The notes beneath the pieces were generated by a model, which saw nothing but the letters and a program-made list of their open reading frames with translations, did not search any database and was not told where the DNA came from. Positions 1-9,783 of a DNA stretch of 64,000 nt are shown here, in pieces. Made by a program: the position numbers and the translations under genes. Source of the DNA: Pyrinomonadaceae bacterium (GTDB taxonomy: Bacteria; Acidobacteriota; Blastocatellia; Pyrinomonadales; Pyrinomonadaceae); contig JBPCLZ010000001.1 in the NCBI GenBank assembly GCA_051002775.1, positions 13,016-77,015 on the forward strand, given 5' to 3'. Position 1 is the first letter of the stretch; every line of letters begins with the position of its first letter.

Positions 1-235
1 GCGCGAAAGATATCGCCGCAAGGGAATAGGGCTTACTTTGCTGGCCCGCATTCTGGAAGAGGGTATCCGAAAGGGTGTGGACGCAGCTTTTCTCGAGTTG
101 CGCGCTGGAAATGAAGCCGCACTTTCGCTTTATGAAAAGTGCGGGTTCCGCGTAACTGCGCGGCGCAAGGGATATTATTCGGAGCCCACCGAGGATGCCC
201 TGGTAATGACAATTCAATTGGTTCGAAACGCTTGA
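1..235 (+). CDS. rimI: GNAT-family N-acetyltransferase, C-terminal fragment (RimI-like); 5' end outside window
   Basis: Frame is open from the window edge. Translation ...RRKGIGLTLLARILEEG... matches the acetyl-CoA binding motif R-x-x-G-x-G. ...LSLYEKCGFRV..YYSEPTEDALVM is typical of RimI-type GNATs. Confidence 0.6.
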   Translation, partial: RERYRRKGIGLTLLARILEEGIRKGVDAAFLELRAGNEAALSLYEKCGFRVTARRKGYYSEPTEDALVMTIQLVRNA

Positions 236-346
236 TCCATTAGAGTAATTGGGCTACCATTTTTTCGTGTCCCAAACAATTTCCGAGAGGGTTCACGACT
301 ACCTCTCCTGAAATAATCTTGCCAGTCCCATCGTCTGAAAGGAGAC

Positions 347-598
347 ATGCGCGAAATGGATGTTACAACTGCGGATCTGCTCAAGGAAGAGCTGATGAAT
401 CGAGACCCCGAGTTCCGTGAATTGGCCCGGGAGCACACTCGATACGAACAACGTTTAAGTGAACTTTCATCCCTGGCTTATCCGAGCGACGAAGAGCAAC
501 TGGAAGAAGTTACGTTAAAGAAGAAGAAACTAGCCCTTAAAGACCAGATGTATTCCATTATGATGCAGCACCAGAAAACTGAAAGCTTGAGTCACTAA
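347..598 (+). CDS. DUF465 (YdcH-like) small coiled-coil protein
   Basis: 83-aa ORF. ...DPEFRELAREHTRYEQRLSEL......EEQLEEVTLKKKKLALKDQMYSIM resembles DUF465 family proteins. An intrinsic terminator follows. Confidence 0.6.
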   Translation: MREMDVTTADLLKEELMNRDPEFRELAREHTRYEQRLSELSSLAYPSDEEQLEEVTLKKKKLALKDQMYSIMMQHQKTESLSH

Positions 599-636
599 AG
601 CGGAACGAAGGCCGCTAATCAAGGTTTATGGTCGTG

Positions 637-669
637 GGGGGACGCGTTGGTATCGCGTCCCCTTTCTTG
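637..669 (+). terminator. Rho-independent terminator after the DUF465 gene
   Basis: Stem GGGGACGCG, loop TTGGTAT, stem CGCGTCCCC, then TTTCTT. Confidence 0.7.
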
Positions 670-720
670 CTAAAGCGCGTTGGGGTTTCAGAGCGAAAGA
701 AGATTGCGGTGGGATAAGAT

Positions 721-1341
721 TTGAGAATAGCTCGCGAGGGAATAATTTATATTCTGGCGCCGGGAGTGGTTACGGTTCTACTGCTCCTGATCGGCTTATG
801 GCCGGTCGCGATTCTTTTTGCGATCATCGCCGCATTCATGGCTTTCTTTTTTCGTGATCCGAAACGCGAGTCACCGGCAGACCCACGGCTGGTAGTCGCT
901 CCCGCCGATGGCCGAGTAACGCGAGTCAGACCAATCGAGGAAACGGGCCAACAGTCTGCAACGCTGGTTAGCATTTTCCTGTCACCCCTCGACGTTCACA
1001 TTAACCGCGCCCCAATTGCAGGCGAGATTACAAACATTGTGTACACGCGCGGTAAATTCCTGATGGCTACAGATGAGAACGCCAGTCTGGTAAACGAGCA
1101 AAACGCCTTAACTATCCAGGGAGAGTCAATCACTATCGTCTGCAAACAGATAGCCGGCATTCTGGCGCGTCGGATAATTTGCTGGAAGCATGCCGGCGAA
1201 CGAGTTTCGTTAGGGGAGCGTTTCGGCTTAATCAAGTTCAGTTCGAGGACCGACATCCTGTTGCCCCGGCAGGTAGAAGTATTGGTCCATGAGGGCGCTC
1301 GCGTGCGCGGTGGGGTTACGGTAATTGGGAGGATTCGATGA
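721..1341 (+). CDS. psd: Phosphatidylserine decarboxylase family protein (short, archaetidylserine-decarboxylase-like form)
   Basis: 206 aa with TTG start and an N-terminal TM segment. Contains ...VAPADGRV...LSPLDVHINRAPIAGEI...GERFGLIKFSSRTDILLP. Its stop overlaps the pssA start (ATGA). Confidence 0.75.
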   Translation: MRIAREGIIYILAPGVVTVLLLLIGLWPVAILFAIIAAFMAFFFRDPKRESPADPRLVVAPADGRVTRVRPIEETGQQSATLVSIFLSPLDVHINRAPIAGEITNIVYTRGKFLMATDENASLVNEQNALTIQGESITIVCKQIAGILARRIICWKHAGERVSLGERFGLIKFSSRTDILLPRQVEVLVHEGARVRGGVTVIGRIR

Positions 1342-2246
1342 GCACCGTTTCGCGCACATCCATTCCAGGCGAGCAGAAGAACCCGGAAAGGCGCGGGTTG
1401 CGGAAAGGCTTGTACCTTATTCCTTCGGTCTTTACCGCAGCAAACATAGGTATGGGTTTTTATGCAGTGATGGCCGCGGTGCGAGGGTTTCAATTCGTAG
1501 GCGCGGGCAGTGAAGCTGATCTTGTGAAGGCGGCATTCTATCTGGACAACGCAGCCAAGGCGATTGGCTGGGCCGTTCTCTTCGATATGCTCGATGGGCG
1601 TCTGGCCCGCATGACACGTACTACTACTGAAATCGGCGTGCAACTGGACTCGATTGCTGACGTCATTACGTTTGGCCTGGCGCCCGCAGTGCTCGCTTAT
1701 GTTTGGGGTTATGGTGGAACCCTGCAGGAAGGCAGTGACCTTCACAGCCTGGCGTGGTTTCTTTCGTTCATGTATCTGATGTGCGGCGGCTTTCGCCTGG
1801 CGCGCTTTAATGTTCAGTCTTCGCGACCACGAATTCTCGCCGAGGGCACAATCAAGGTTGATAAAAAGAGTTTTGTAGGTCTGCCAATTCCTGTCGCGGG
1901 CGGATTAATTGCCGCCATCATCCATTTTGCGCCTTCACCATTGGTCAGGTATGGACCAGAGCGCGCTGAGGTTTATTCGTTGCTTTTAATGGCGCTGGTG
2001 GGATTGTTGAGTGTTCTGATGGTGAGCACGCTGAGATTTTCAAGTTTCAAGACTGTTGGTACGCGTAGCCGCGGAATGCGCACGATAATTCTTGCCGTTG
2101 CCGTCGGTATGTTGATTTTCCTCTACTCCCGCTATGTACTTCTGATTATCGTTGTCGGCTACATCTTTCACGGGCTGCTTTCGCGGCTTTGGATGTTCCG
2201 CCGCCGCACTGAGCCAGGTGACGCTCCTCTCCAGGCGAAACCCTGA
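1338..2246 (+). CDS. pssA: CDP-diacylglycerol--serine O-phosphatidyltransferase (CDP-alcohol phosphatidyltransferase family)
   Basis: 302 aa, multi-TM. Carries the CDP-alcohol transferase motif D-G-x2-A-R-x8-G-x3-D-x3-D (LDGRLARMTRTTTEIGVQLDSIADV). Translationally coupled to psd. Confidence 0.8.
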   Translation: MSTVSRTSIPGEQKNPERRGLRKGLYLIPSVFTAANIGMGFYAVMAAVRGFQFVGAGSEADLVKAAFYLDNAAKAIGWAVLFDMLDGRLARMTRTTTEIGVQLDSIADVITFGLAPAVLAYVWGYGGTLQEGSDLHSLAWFLSFMYLMCGGFRLARFNVQSSRPRILAEGTIKVDKKSFVGLPIPVAGGLIAAIIHFAPSPLVRYGPERAEVYSLLLMALVGLLSVLMVSTLRFSSFKTVGTRSRGMRTIILAVAVGMLIFLYSRYVLLIIVVGYIFHGLLSRLWMFRRRTEPGDAPLQAKP

Positions 2247-2275
2247 CTGTCGCTCGTCTATACTCCCAGAAAATA

Positions 2276-3445
2276 TTAAGGTTTTATTGGTGGGGCTTCG
2301 CGTGGTTGTGAGAAAGCGAGCAACCCGTGTTCGGTAGTCAATAAAACTACCGCACCCACTGCTACCGGCGATGCCGAGGTAGTGATTTCTTCGCCTACGG
2401 GAAGGGAATTAACCTGGCGTCCGTCTCGTAGCTCCAAAACTACGCCTGCCGAACTCGACAAGGGCGTAAAGAGTGCTTCAAGCTCCGTGATCAAAGGCTG
2501 AGACGAAATTCTGCCGGGCATTTGTCGTTTCCAAAGTCGTTTGCCCGCAAGTGAAAACTTATAGACGTAATTATCAAGCGAGGCTACTAGCAAATCTTCA
2601 CCGGCTCGAACCACTGCGTGCACACTGGCGCCAGCGCGTTTGCGCCAAAGCAGTCGTCCGTTAAGATTGTTCACCGCGTAAACGTAACTGTCGCCGGAAC
2701 CAAAGTACACCACGCCATCGATCACTGCGACGGGACCTCGCACAGATCCTCGCGTCCGATAACGCCACAACAGCTTACCGGTTTGCTCGTCCAGGACAAT
2801 TAGATTGCCATCTTCACTGCCTGCATAGACGCGCGAGCCAGCGATGACTGGTTGAGAATTAAACGGCGCGCTGTATTCGAAAGACCAACCAAGCTCGCCG
2901 GTGCGACTATCGAAAGCGTAGAGCCTGCCGTTACTACCGCCACCAAATAGTTTGCCATTCGCAAGCGCAAGTGCTCCCTGAAGCGGCACGGCAAGAGTAC
3001 GCATCCACTGGGTTACGCCACCCTCTTTGCCCAGCGCGCGCAGGGCGCCAGTCGCTCGGCGCGTCCCAATCTCCGGTTTGCCGGTTTCTGAGGCGACATA
3101 AACACTGCGATCGTCAGCTACCGGCGACGCGGATAGTTCTCCTCCGAACTCTGAACGCCAATTCAAGGTTCCATCGCCCGCTTTAAGTGAGACAATAATT
3201 CCGCCAGCCAGCGGCAAATAAACACGATCGCGATCGAAAGCAGGGGTAAGATTCAGAGTAAGGTCCGACTTATAGCGCCAGCCGACGGTAAGTGGTTGCG
3301 AAAGAAACGCGCGCGGATCTGGCTTGGCCGCGCGCTCGCCCCCGTTCTGTGCCTGCGGATAGCAAATCGATATTGGTGCAATCAGCAGAAAAAGGGTAAC
3401 TGCAATGAATGTCAGCCTCAGTTGCTTGTCGATAATGGATATCAT
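2276..3445 (-). CDS. PQQ-like beta-propeller repeat protein (BamB-like), secreted
   Basis: Repeated ...G.LY/VYA....G.L.W... blades (GRLYAFDSRTGELGWSF, GNLIVLDEQTGKLLWRY, SYVYAVNNLNGRLLWRK). I place the start at the internal ATG (MISIIDKQLRLTFIAVTLFLLIAP..), which gives a signal peptide and removes the overlap with guaA. Confidence 0.7.
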   Translation of the reverse strand: MISIIDKQLRLTFIAVTLFLLIAPISICYPQAQNGGERAAKPDPRAFLSQPLTVGWRYKSDLTLNLTPAFDRDRVYLPLAGGIIVSLKAGDGTLNWRSEFGGELSASPVADDRSVYVASETGKPEIGTRRATGALRALGKEGGVTQWMRTLAVPLQGALALANGKLFGGGSNGRLYAFDSRTGELGWSFEYSAPFNSQPVIAGSRVYAGSEDGNLIVLDEQTGKLLWRYRTRGSVRGPVAVIDGVVYFGSGDSYVYAVNNLNGRLLWRKRAGASVHAVVRAGEDLLVASLDNYVYKFSLAGKRLWKRQMPGRISSQPLITELEALFTPLSSSAGVVLELRDGRQVNSLPVGEEITTSASPVAVGAVVLLTTEHGLLAFSQPREAPPIKP

Positions 3446-3550
3446 TCTGCTCGGTTCTTGAGTTATTCCACTCGGAAAGTATAATCCCCAATTCATTAAC
3501 CCTGACTCTAACGGTTTGACGCGCGAAGCGCCACTTGAGGTTTCTTTTTT

Positions 3551-5107
3551 TTGCCACCAACAACGCAACACGAAATTGTCGTAATACTTGACTTTGGGTC
3601 GCAATATACTCAGCTAATTGCCCGGCGCGTTCGTGAAGCGGGCGTTTATTGCGAGATCTTTCCTTTTAACACGCCGGTTGAAAAAATTATCGCGCGCGAA
3701 CCGAAAGGCCTCATTTTATCGGGAAGCCCATCATCCGTTTACCAGGAAGGCGCGCCTCGACCCGATGGGAAACTGTTATCGCTGCTTCAATCTCCGCTGT
3801 TGGGAATCTGCTACGGGTTGCAGATTGTCGCTTTCGATATGGGTGGGGCGGTTCAGTCTTCCCCGAACCGCGAGTTTGGTTACGCTCGCCTGAAGGTGGT
3901 CAATTCGACTAGTGCGTTGTTTCGCGGGCTGCCTGCCGAAATGGACGTTTGGATGAGTCACGGGGATCAGGTGACGTCTGTGCCGGCAGGTTTTCACGTG
4001 ACTGCACTTACCGACGACGCTCTCAACGCCTTTGAGGATGCGAGCCGCGGAATATTTGGGGTGCAGTTTCACCCAGAAGTCGCGCACACGCCGCTTGGCG
4101 CCACCTTGCTGCGCAACTTTTTGTTTGAGATCTGTCATTGTCGTGGCGACTGGTCACCGCGAGCGGTTATTGAAGAACAGACAAACAACATCAAACAGGC
4201 GGTGGGAGAAAAAGGCGCGGTTGTTTGCGGACTCTCGGGCGGGGTCGACTCTACGGTGGCAGCTGCCCTCGTGCGTCGAGCGATCGGAGACCGGCAGACC
4301 TGTATTTTCGTTGACAATGGATTGCTGCGTGAGAGCGAGTTTGAATCGACACTGGCCCTTTTGCAGCAACGCATGAAACTAAGAATTGAGGGAGTCCGCG
4401 CCGGCGAACTTTTTCTTGATGCACTCAAGGGCGTTACGGATCCCGAGGAAAAGCGTAAACGTATTGGCAAAGTTTTCATTGAGGTGTTCGAAAGCAACGC
4501 GCGTCGCATTGGCGACGTGGAGTTTCTGGTCCAGGGCACTCTCTACCCCGATGTGATTGAATCCGTTTCGGTGCGCGGTCCCTCCGCGGTTATTAAAAGC
4601 CATCACAACGTCGGTGGCTTGCCGGAAAAGATGCACTTAAAGTTAATTGAGCCTTTGCGCGAACTATTCAAAGATGAAGTGCGTCTGATTGGGCGCGAGT
4701 TGGGAGTCCCGGAAGAAATACTGACCCGACATCCCTTTCCGGGACCGGGGTTAGCCGTTCGTATAATCGGAGAAGTAACGGAAGAGCGCGTGCGGCTCCT
4801 GCAAGGTGCGGATCGAATTCTGAATGAGGAGCTGCGCGCGGCGAGCTTGTATGATTCGGTTTGGCAAGCCTTCCCGGTTTTGTTGCCCGTTTCAACCGTT
4901 GGCGTGATGGGCGATGAGCGCACTTATGAAAAGGTGGTAGCTATTCGCGCAGTAACCAGCGTCGATGGGATGACGGCGGATTGGGCCCGTCTGCCGCATG
5001 ACGCCCTGGCTCGGATTTCGTCTCGGATAATCTCCGAAATCCGCGGAATAAATCGGGTTGTTTACGACATTAGCTCCAAACCTCCCAGCACGATCGAGTG
5101 GGAATAA
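3551..5107 (+). CDS. guaA: GMP synthase (glutamine-hydrolysing)
   Basis: 518 aa. GATase-1 domain ([31 protein letters not shown]), ATP-PPase P-loop (GLSGGVDS) and the C-terminal ...[10 protein letters not shown]. Confidence 0.95.
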   Translation: MPPTTQHEIVVILDFGSQYTQLIARRVREAGVYCEIFPFNTPVEKIIAREPKGLILSGSPSSVYQEGAPRPDGKLLSLLQSPLLGICYGLQIVAFDMGGAVQSSPNREFGYARLKVVNSTSALFRGLPAEMDVWMSHGDQVTSVPAGFHVTALTDDALNAFEDASRGIFGVQFHPEVAHTPLGATLLRNFLFEICHCRGDWSPRAVIEEQTNNIKQAVGEKGAVVCGLSGGVDSTVAAALVRRAIGDRQTCIFVDNGLLRESEFESTLALLQQRMKLRIEGVRAGELFLDALKGVTDPEEKRKRIGKVFIEVFESNARRIGDVEFLVQGTLYPDVIESVSVRGPSAVIKSHHNVGGLPEKMHLKLIEPLRELFKDEVRLIGRELGVPEEILTRHPFPGPGLAVRIIGEVTEERVRLLQGADRILNEELRAASLYDSVWQAFPVLLPVSTVGVMGDERTYEKVVAIRAVTSVDGMTADWARLPHDALARISSRIISEIRGINRVVYDISSKPPSTIEWE

Positions 5108-5221
5108 AACTCGACAACCAACACAAACGAACAGCCGTGATATAGTGTCAGCCGTTCGTTCATTTAAGTCATTCCTAACCGTATTCGCGCCACTCAGCCG
5201 ACCGGTTCTTTAATAGGTTTT

Positions 5222-8200
5222 ATGCCGGAACAAAAGTTCGCTCACCTTCATCTGCACACCGATTACAGCCTGCTCGACGGCGCAATTCAAATTAAACCAC
5301 TGGCTAAGCGTACTGACGAACTTGGCATGACTGCGTGTGCAATGACCGATCACGGCAACATGTTTGGCGCGATCTCTTTTTACAACTCCATGAAGAGTCG
5401 CGGCATTAAGCCAATCATTGGATGCGAGACCTATATAACCCGTGGCAACAGGCAGGAGCGCGCCGCCGCTGCGCCAGGCGAGAAAGCAAATTTTCATTTA
5501 ATTCTGCTGGCAAAAAACCTGGAGGGCTATCGCAATCTTGTCCGCTTAACTTCCAAGGCTTATACCGAAGGGTTCTACTACAAACCACGAATTGATAAGC
5601 AGTTGCTTGCCGAACACTCGAAAGGCCTGATCGCGCTTTCGGCGTGCATGTCGGGAGTGCCTTCGGCAATGTTGGCGCGTGACAACTGTGATGAAGCGGC
5701 GGCTGCGGCGATTGAATTCGAGGAGATCATGGGGAAGGGAAACTACTTCCTCGAGATTCAGGAGCATGGGCTTGACGCACAACAGCGAATACGAAAGCCT
5801 TTGGTGGAACTGTCCAAACGCACAGGAGTGCCTTTGGTTGTTACCAACGACGCTCATTACCTGATGCCCGAGGATGCACGCGCGCACGACGTCTTGTTGT
5901 GCATTGGATCCGGAAAGACTGTTAACGAAACCAACCGCCTTCGCTACGCCAGCCCTAACTTCTACGTTCGCTCGCCAGAAGAGATGTGGCGTGTTTTCGG
6001 CAGCGAATTGCCGGACGCGCTATTGCGGACGGTGGAGATTGCCGAACGCTGTGATCTCCAACTTCCGGAAAACATAAACCACTTGCCGAATTATCCGATC
6101 CCGGAAGGTACTGGTTCGGCTGATGAGTACTTCGAACAGGTTGTGAGAGACGGATTCGAGCGCCGGCGCCAGCGAGTTTGGGAACGGCAACAATCGAGAG
6201 GCGAGTTAAAGCACCCAATCTCCGATTATCAGACGCGCCTGGCGAACGAGATCGCGATGATCAAGCAGATGGGCTTCGCAGGCTATTTCCTAATCGTCTG
6301 GGATTTCGTCCGCTATGCCAAGGAGCATGCTATTCCGGTCGGACCCGGACGAGGTTCCTCTGCCGGATCGCTGGTAGCCTACTGCCTCGAGATAACTGAT
6401 GTAGACCCTTTACACTATGATCTCATCTTCGAGCGTTTCCTTAACCCGGGCCGGGTCTCGATGCCCGATATCGATATTGATTTTTGCGTGCGCGGACGAG
6501 GAGACGTAATCAACCACGTCGCGAATCTTTACGGACGCGACTCCGTCTGCCAGATCATCACCTTTGGAACCCTGGCCTCGAGGGCAGCGATAAAGGACGT
6601 GGGCCGGGCCCTGGAGATGCCTTATTCCGAAGTAGATCGCATTGCCAAGTTAATACCCCCACCGGTTCGGGGCAGAAACGTTACGCTGACGCAGGCGCTT
6701 GAGCAGGTGCCCGAGCTGCGAAAGGAAATTGAGACAAACCCGAACGTTAGGGACTTGATGGAAATTGCACAGCGCCTTGAAGGCTGCGCCCGCCATTCCT
6801 CCGTGCACGCCGCGGGCGTGGTTATCTCACCGGTTCCGTTGCAGGAATTAATCCCCATCGCGGTTTCAGGGAAGGAAGAAGTCACTACTCAATATGTCAT
6901 GTCGGACCTCGAGAAAACCGGCATGCTTAAGATGGACTTTTTAGCGCTTACTGCCCTAACTGTTATAAATGATTGCTTAAAGACCATTAAGCAACTGCTT
7001 GATGTTGAGATTAACTGGCCGGATATAGCGCTTAACGACTTAAAAACTATGGCGGTATTCGGGGAAGGGCGCACTGAGGCAGTCTTTCAGTTTGAGTCAT
7101 CGGGCATGCAGGAGATTTGCCGGAAGCTTAAGCCTAAGGACGTTGAGGACCTTTCGGCGTTGAATGCGCTTTATCGCCCCGGTCCTCTTGATGGCGGCAT
7201 GGTAGAGGAATTTATTCAGCGGCACCGTGGGCAGAAGACCGTCCGATACCTCGTGCCCGAGATGAAGGAGATATTAAGCAACACATTTGGAGTGCTCGTT
7301 TATCAGGAACAGATCATGCAGTTGGCGCAGAAGCTCGCCGGTTACACGCTCAGCGAAGCCGATCTGATGCGCCGGGCAATGGGTAAGAAGAAGCGTGAAG
7401 AGATGGCGTTGCATCAGGAGAAGTTCGTGAGCGGCGCTGTAGAGCGAGGTATCAAAAAAGAAAAGGCGGAAAAGATCTTTTCGTTGATGGATAAATTTTC
7501 TGACTATGGCTTTCCGCGCAGCCATGCGGTGGCCTACGCCTACCTGGCATTTCAGACTGCTTACCTCAAAGCGCATTTTCCAGAACATTTTTATGCGGCG
7601 GTGTTATCAAGCGAAGCTCAGGACGTGGCAAAGGTATTCAAATATTCAAAAGAACTTAAGACGCAGGGAATCATGTTGTTGCCGCCCGATGTCAACGAAA
7701 GCTTCGCTGGCTTCACTCCTCTGAGCGGAGCAATTCGGTATGGACTTGCGGCCATAAAAGGGTTGGGTCAGTCGACGGTAAACTCGATAATCGAAGCGCG
7801 CAATGCCGGTCCTTTCAAATCCTTTTTTGATTTTGCGGAACGAATCGGGCAGGGCGGCATGAACAAACGCGTGTTGGAAGGTTTGGTAGGGGGCGGCGCA
7901 TTCGATTCCTTCAAGCCCGAGACGCGCGAACTGCACGATTGGCGCGGTACGCTCGCAGGTTCAATCGATGTGGCTTTGGCGTGCGCACAACGGGCAAAGC
8001 GAGAGCGCATCCAGGGGCAGAGTGGTCTCTTCGCGGCGGTCGCAGATGACTGCGACGAGGGCGAGAAATTGGCACCCGCGGCGACGCCCTGGACTCGTTC
8101 GCAGCTTCTGTTGGCTGAGAAAGCAGCACTTGGTTTTTACGTCACAAGTCATCCGCTATCCAATTATGCACATGCTTTGCAAGCCTCGAAGGCGCTCAAG

Positions 8201-8752
8201 TCGGTGGACCTAGCGACGATGGCCAGTGGTTCGCGGGTTACGGTTGGAGGCATCATCACTGACGTGCAACCGCGGACGACCAAAAAGGGTGATCGGTTTG
8301 CTTTGTTAAGACTGGAAGACGAAGGTGGAGGAACGAAGTGTGTACTATGGCCGGAAACGTACCGGAAGTTTTCCGCCGTCGCGAGAAACGAGCTTGCAGT
8401 TCTGATAAGCGGCCGGTTGGAAATCACTGAAGACGGCCCACCGTCCATAATCGTCGATCAGGTACAAAGCCTGGACGAAATGCTGAAAGCTAAAGAATTG
8501 ATGGTTCTATGTCTGCCCCAACCGGAAGATCCGGGTCAGGTATTTGACGGCATTCTTCATCTGATTAATACGCACCCCGGAACCTGCGACATTGCGCTGG
8601 AAGCATCGCTTGCCGGAGGCATATTGGTCCGCATAAAAGTAAATTCGTCGTTGCGTCTTGAGCGAAGCGAGAAAATAGAAACGGCGTTAAAGCAAATGGG
8701 TTGCCGACTGAAAATAGAGAAAATGGCTTTCGCGGCGAACGGCGGGAATTGA
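5222..8752 (+). CDS. dnaE: DNA polymerase III alpha subunit
   Basis: 1176 aa. PHP domain start (FAHLHLHTDYSLLDGA), polymerase core (GPGRGSSAGSLVAYCLEITDVDP, PDIDIDF) and an OB-fold near the C-terminus. Confidence 0.95.
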   Translation: MPEQKFAHLHLHTDYSLLDGAIQIKPLAKRTDELGMTACAMTDHGNMFGAISFYNSMKSRGIKPIIGCETYITRGNRQERAAAAPGEKANFHLILLAKNLEGYRNLVRLTSKAYTEGFYYKPRIDKQLLAEHSKGLIALSACMSGVPSAMLARDNCDEAAAAAIEFEEIMGKGNYFLEIQEHGLDAQQRIRKPLVELSKRTGVPLVVTNDAHYLMPEDARAHDVLLCIGSGKTVNETNRLRYASPNFYVRSPEEMWRVFGSELPDALLRTVEIAERCDLQLPENINHLPNYPIPEGTGSADEYFEQVVRDGFERRRQRVWERQQSRGELKHPISDYQTRLANEIAMIKQMGFAGYFLIVWDFVRYAKEHAIPVGPGRGSSAGSLVAYCLEITDVDPLHYDLIFERFLNPGRVSMPDIDIDFCVRGRGDVINHVANLYGRDSVCQIITFGTLASRAAIKDVGRALEMPYSEVDRIAKLIPPPVRGRNVTLTQALEQVPELRKEIETNPNVRDLMEIAQRLEGCARHSSVHAAGVVISPVPLQELIPIAVSGKEEVTTQYVMSDLEKTGMLKMDFLALTALTVINDCLKTIKQLLDVEINWPDIALNDLKTMAVFGEGRTEAVFQFESSGMQEICRKLKPKDVEDLSALNALYRPGPLDGGMVEEFIQRHRGQKTVRYLVPEMKEILSNTFGVLVYQEQIMQLAQKLAGYTLSEADLMRRAMGKKKREEMALHQEKFVSGAVERGIKKEKAEKIFSLMDKFSDYGFPRSHAVAYAYLAFQTAYLKAHFPEHFYAAVLSSEAQDVAKVFKYSKELKTQGIMLLPPDVNESFAGFTPLSGAIRYGLAAIKGLGQSTVNSIIEARNAGPFKSFFDFAERIGQGGMNKRVLEGLVGGGAFDSFKPETRELHDWRGTLAGSIDVALACAQRAKRERIQGQSGLFAAVADDCDEGEKLAPAATPWTRSQLLLAEKAALGFYVTSHPLSNYAHALQASKALKSVDLATMASGSRVTVGGIITDVQPRTTKKGDRFALLRLEDEGGGTKCVLWPETYRKFSAVARNELAVLISGRLEITEDGPPSIIVDQVQSLDEMLKAKELMVLCLPQPEDPGQVFDGILHLINTHPGTCDIALEASLAGGILVRIKVNSSLRLERSEKIETALKQMGCRLKIEKMAFAANGGN

Positions 8753-8845
8753 TCCCCCTACCCTTTGGGAGGGGTAAGGGGAGGGTGCGAAGCTTGGCGC
8801 GCACAAGTCTTCTCCCCAACCCTGTCCAAAGGGAGAGGGAGGAAG
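8752..8845. repeat. Repeat family A copy 1 (~95 bp imperfect palindrome, 'PLPKGRG/GEG' element)
   Basis: CCCTTTGGGAGGGGTAAGGGGAGGGTG ... CTCCCCAACCCTGTCCAAAGGGAGAGG. Its reverse complement aligns along its whole length with 19858-19955 and partly with 55743-55815. It starts immediately after the dnaE stop. Confidence 0.85.
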
Positions 8846-8917
8846 ACTTCAAACTAAAGTTTTTCGTACATTTTCAGCGCCACTGACGCAAGACCGATTG
8901 TTGGCGAACAAAAGCAC

Positions 8918-9775
8918 GTGGCTAAATCCAAAAAGAAAGAAGCGACCGAAAAAGAACCTCTGGAGGTGACTGAGACGAAGACTGCTTTTGAAAGGGTGCA
9001 GTTGGCCCGTCACCCTGATCGACCGTACACACTCGATTTTATTGAGCGGCTGTTCGATGAGTTCGTCGAACTTCACGGCGATCGGAGATACGCTGATGAC
9101 CCGGCGATCGTTTGCGGCTCAGCTCGATTTCATGGTTTGCCAATCGTCGTCGTGGGCCATCAAAAAGGCCGGGACACCAAGCAACGAAGTTATCGCAACT
9201 TTGGAATGCCCAAGCCTGAGGGCTATCGGAAAGCGCTGCGAGTGATGAAGCTGGCCGAAAAATTTGGGCGTCCAATCTTCTCCTTGATTGATACACCCGG
9301 CGCCTATCCCGGGGTTGATGCTGAAGAACGCGGGCAAGCGGAAGCCATTGCACACAACCTGCGCGAAATGGCCAAGCTGCAAGTGCCAGTGATTGTGACT
9401 GTTATCGGCGAGGGAGGCTCAGGCGGTGCCCTGGCAATTGGCGTCGGTGATCAGGTGATGATGCTGGAGAATTCTATTTACTCGGTGATTTCGCCGGAAG
9501 GCTGCGCGGCAATCTTGTGGAAAGACGCAAAGCGTGCAGATCAAGCAGCAACTGGCCTACGGCTGACGGCCCAGGACCTGATGGCAGAAAATATTATCGA
9601 TAAGATTATTAAAGAACCGCCCGGGGGTGCGCACAATGATTATGATCAGGCAGCACGTTACCTCGATGCAGCTCTGAGCGAGCGTCTGGCGGAAGCGGTC
9701 AGTTGTAGCCAGGAGGAAAGGTTGACACGACGTTACACTAAACTCCGCGCGTTTGGCCGCTGGGGCACAGCCTAA
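8918..9775 (+). CDS. accA: Acetyl-CoA carboxylase carboxyltransferase alpha subunit
   Basis: 285 aa, GTG start. ...[27 protein letters not shown]...[29 protein letters not shown]...[10 protein letters not shown]. Confidence 0.9.
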   Translation: MAKSKKKEATEKEPLEVTETKTAFERVQLARHPDRPYTLDFIERLFDEFVELHGDRRYADDPAIVCGSARFHGLPIVVVGHQKGRDTKQRSYRNFGMPKPEGYRKALRVMKLAEKFGRPIFSLIDTPGAYPGVDAEERGQAEAIAHNLREMAKLQVPVIVTVIGEGGSGGALAIGVGDQVMMLENSIYSVISPEGCAAILWKDAKRADQAATGLRLTAQDLMAENIIDKIIKEPPGGAHNDYDQAARYLDAALSERLAEAVSCSQEERLTRRYTKLRAFGRWGTA

Positions 9776-9783
9776 TTCTTTCC

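Noticed and set aside
996-1745. 249-aa ORF antisense to psd/pssA
   Set aside because: It lies entirely opposite two genes with clear family motifs. Its composition is Arg/Cys/His-rich, typical of a shadow frame in GC-rich DNA.
3446-3604. 53-codon N-terminal extension of the beta-propeller ORF
   Set aside because: It would overlap the guaA start by 54 nt. The internal Met at 3445 gives a proper signal peptide.
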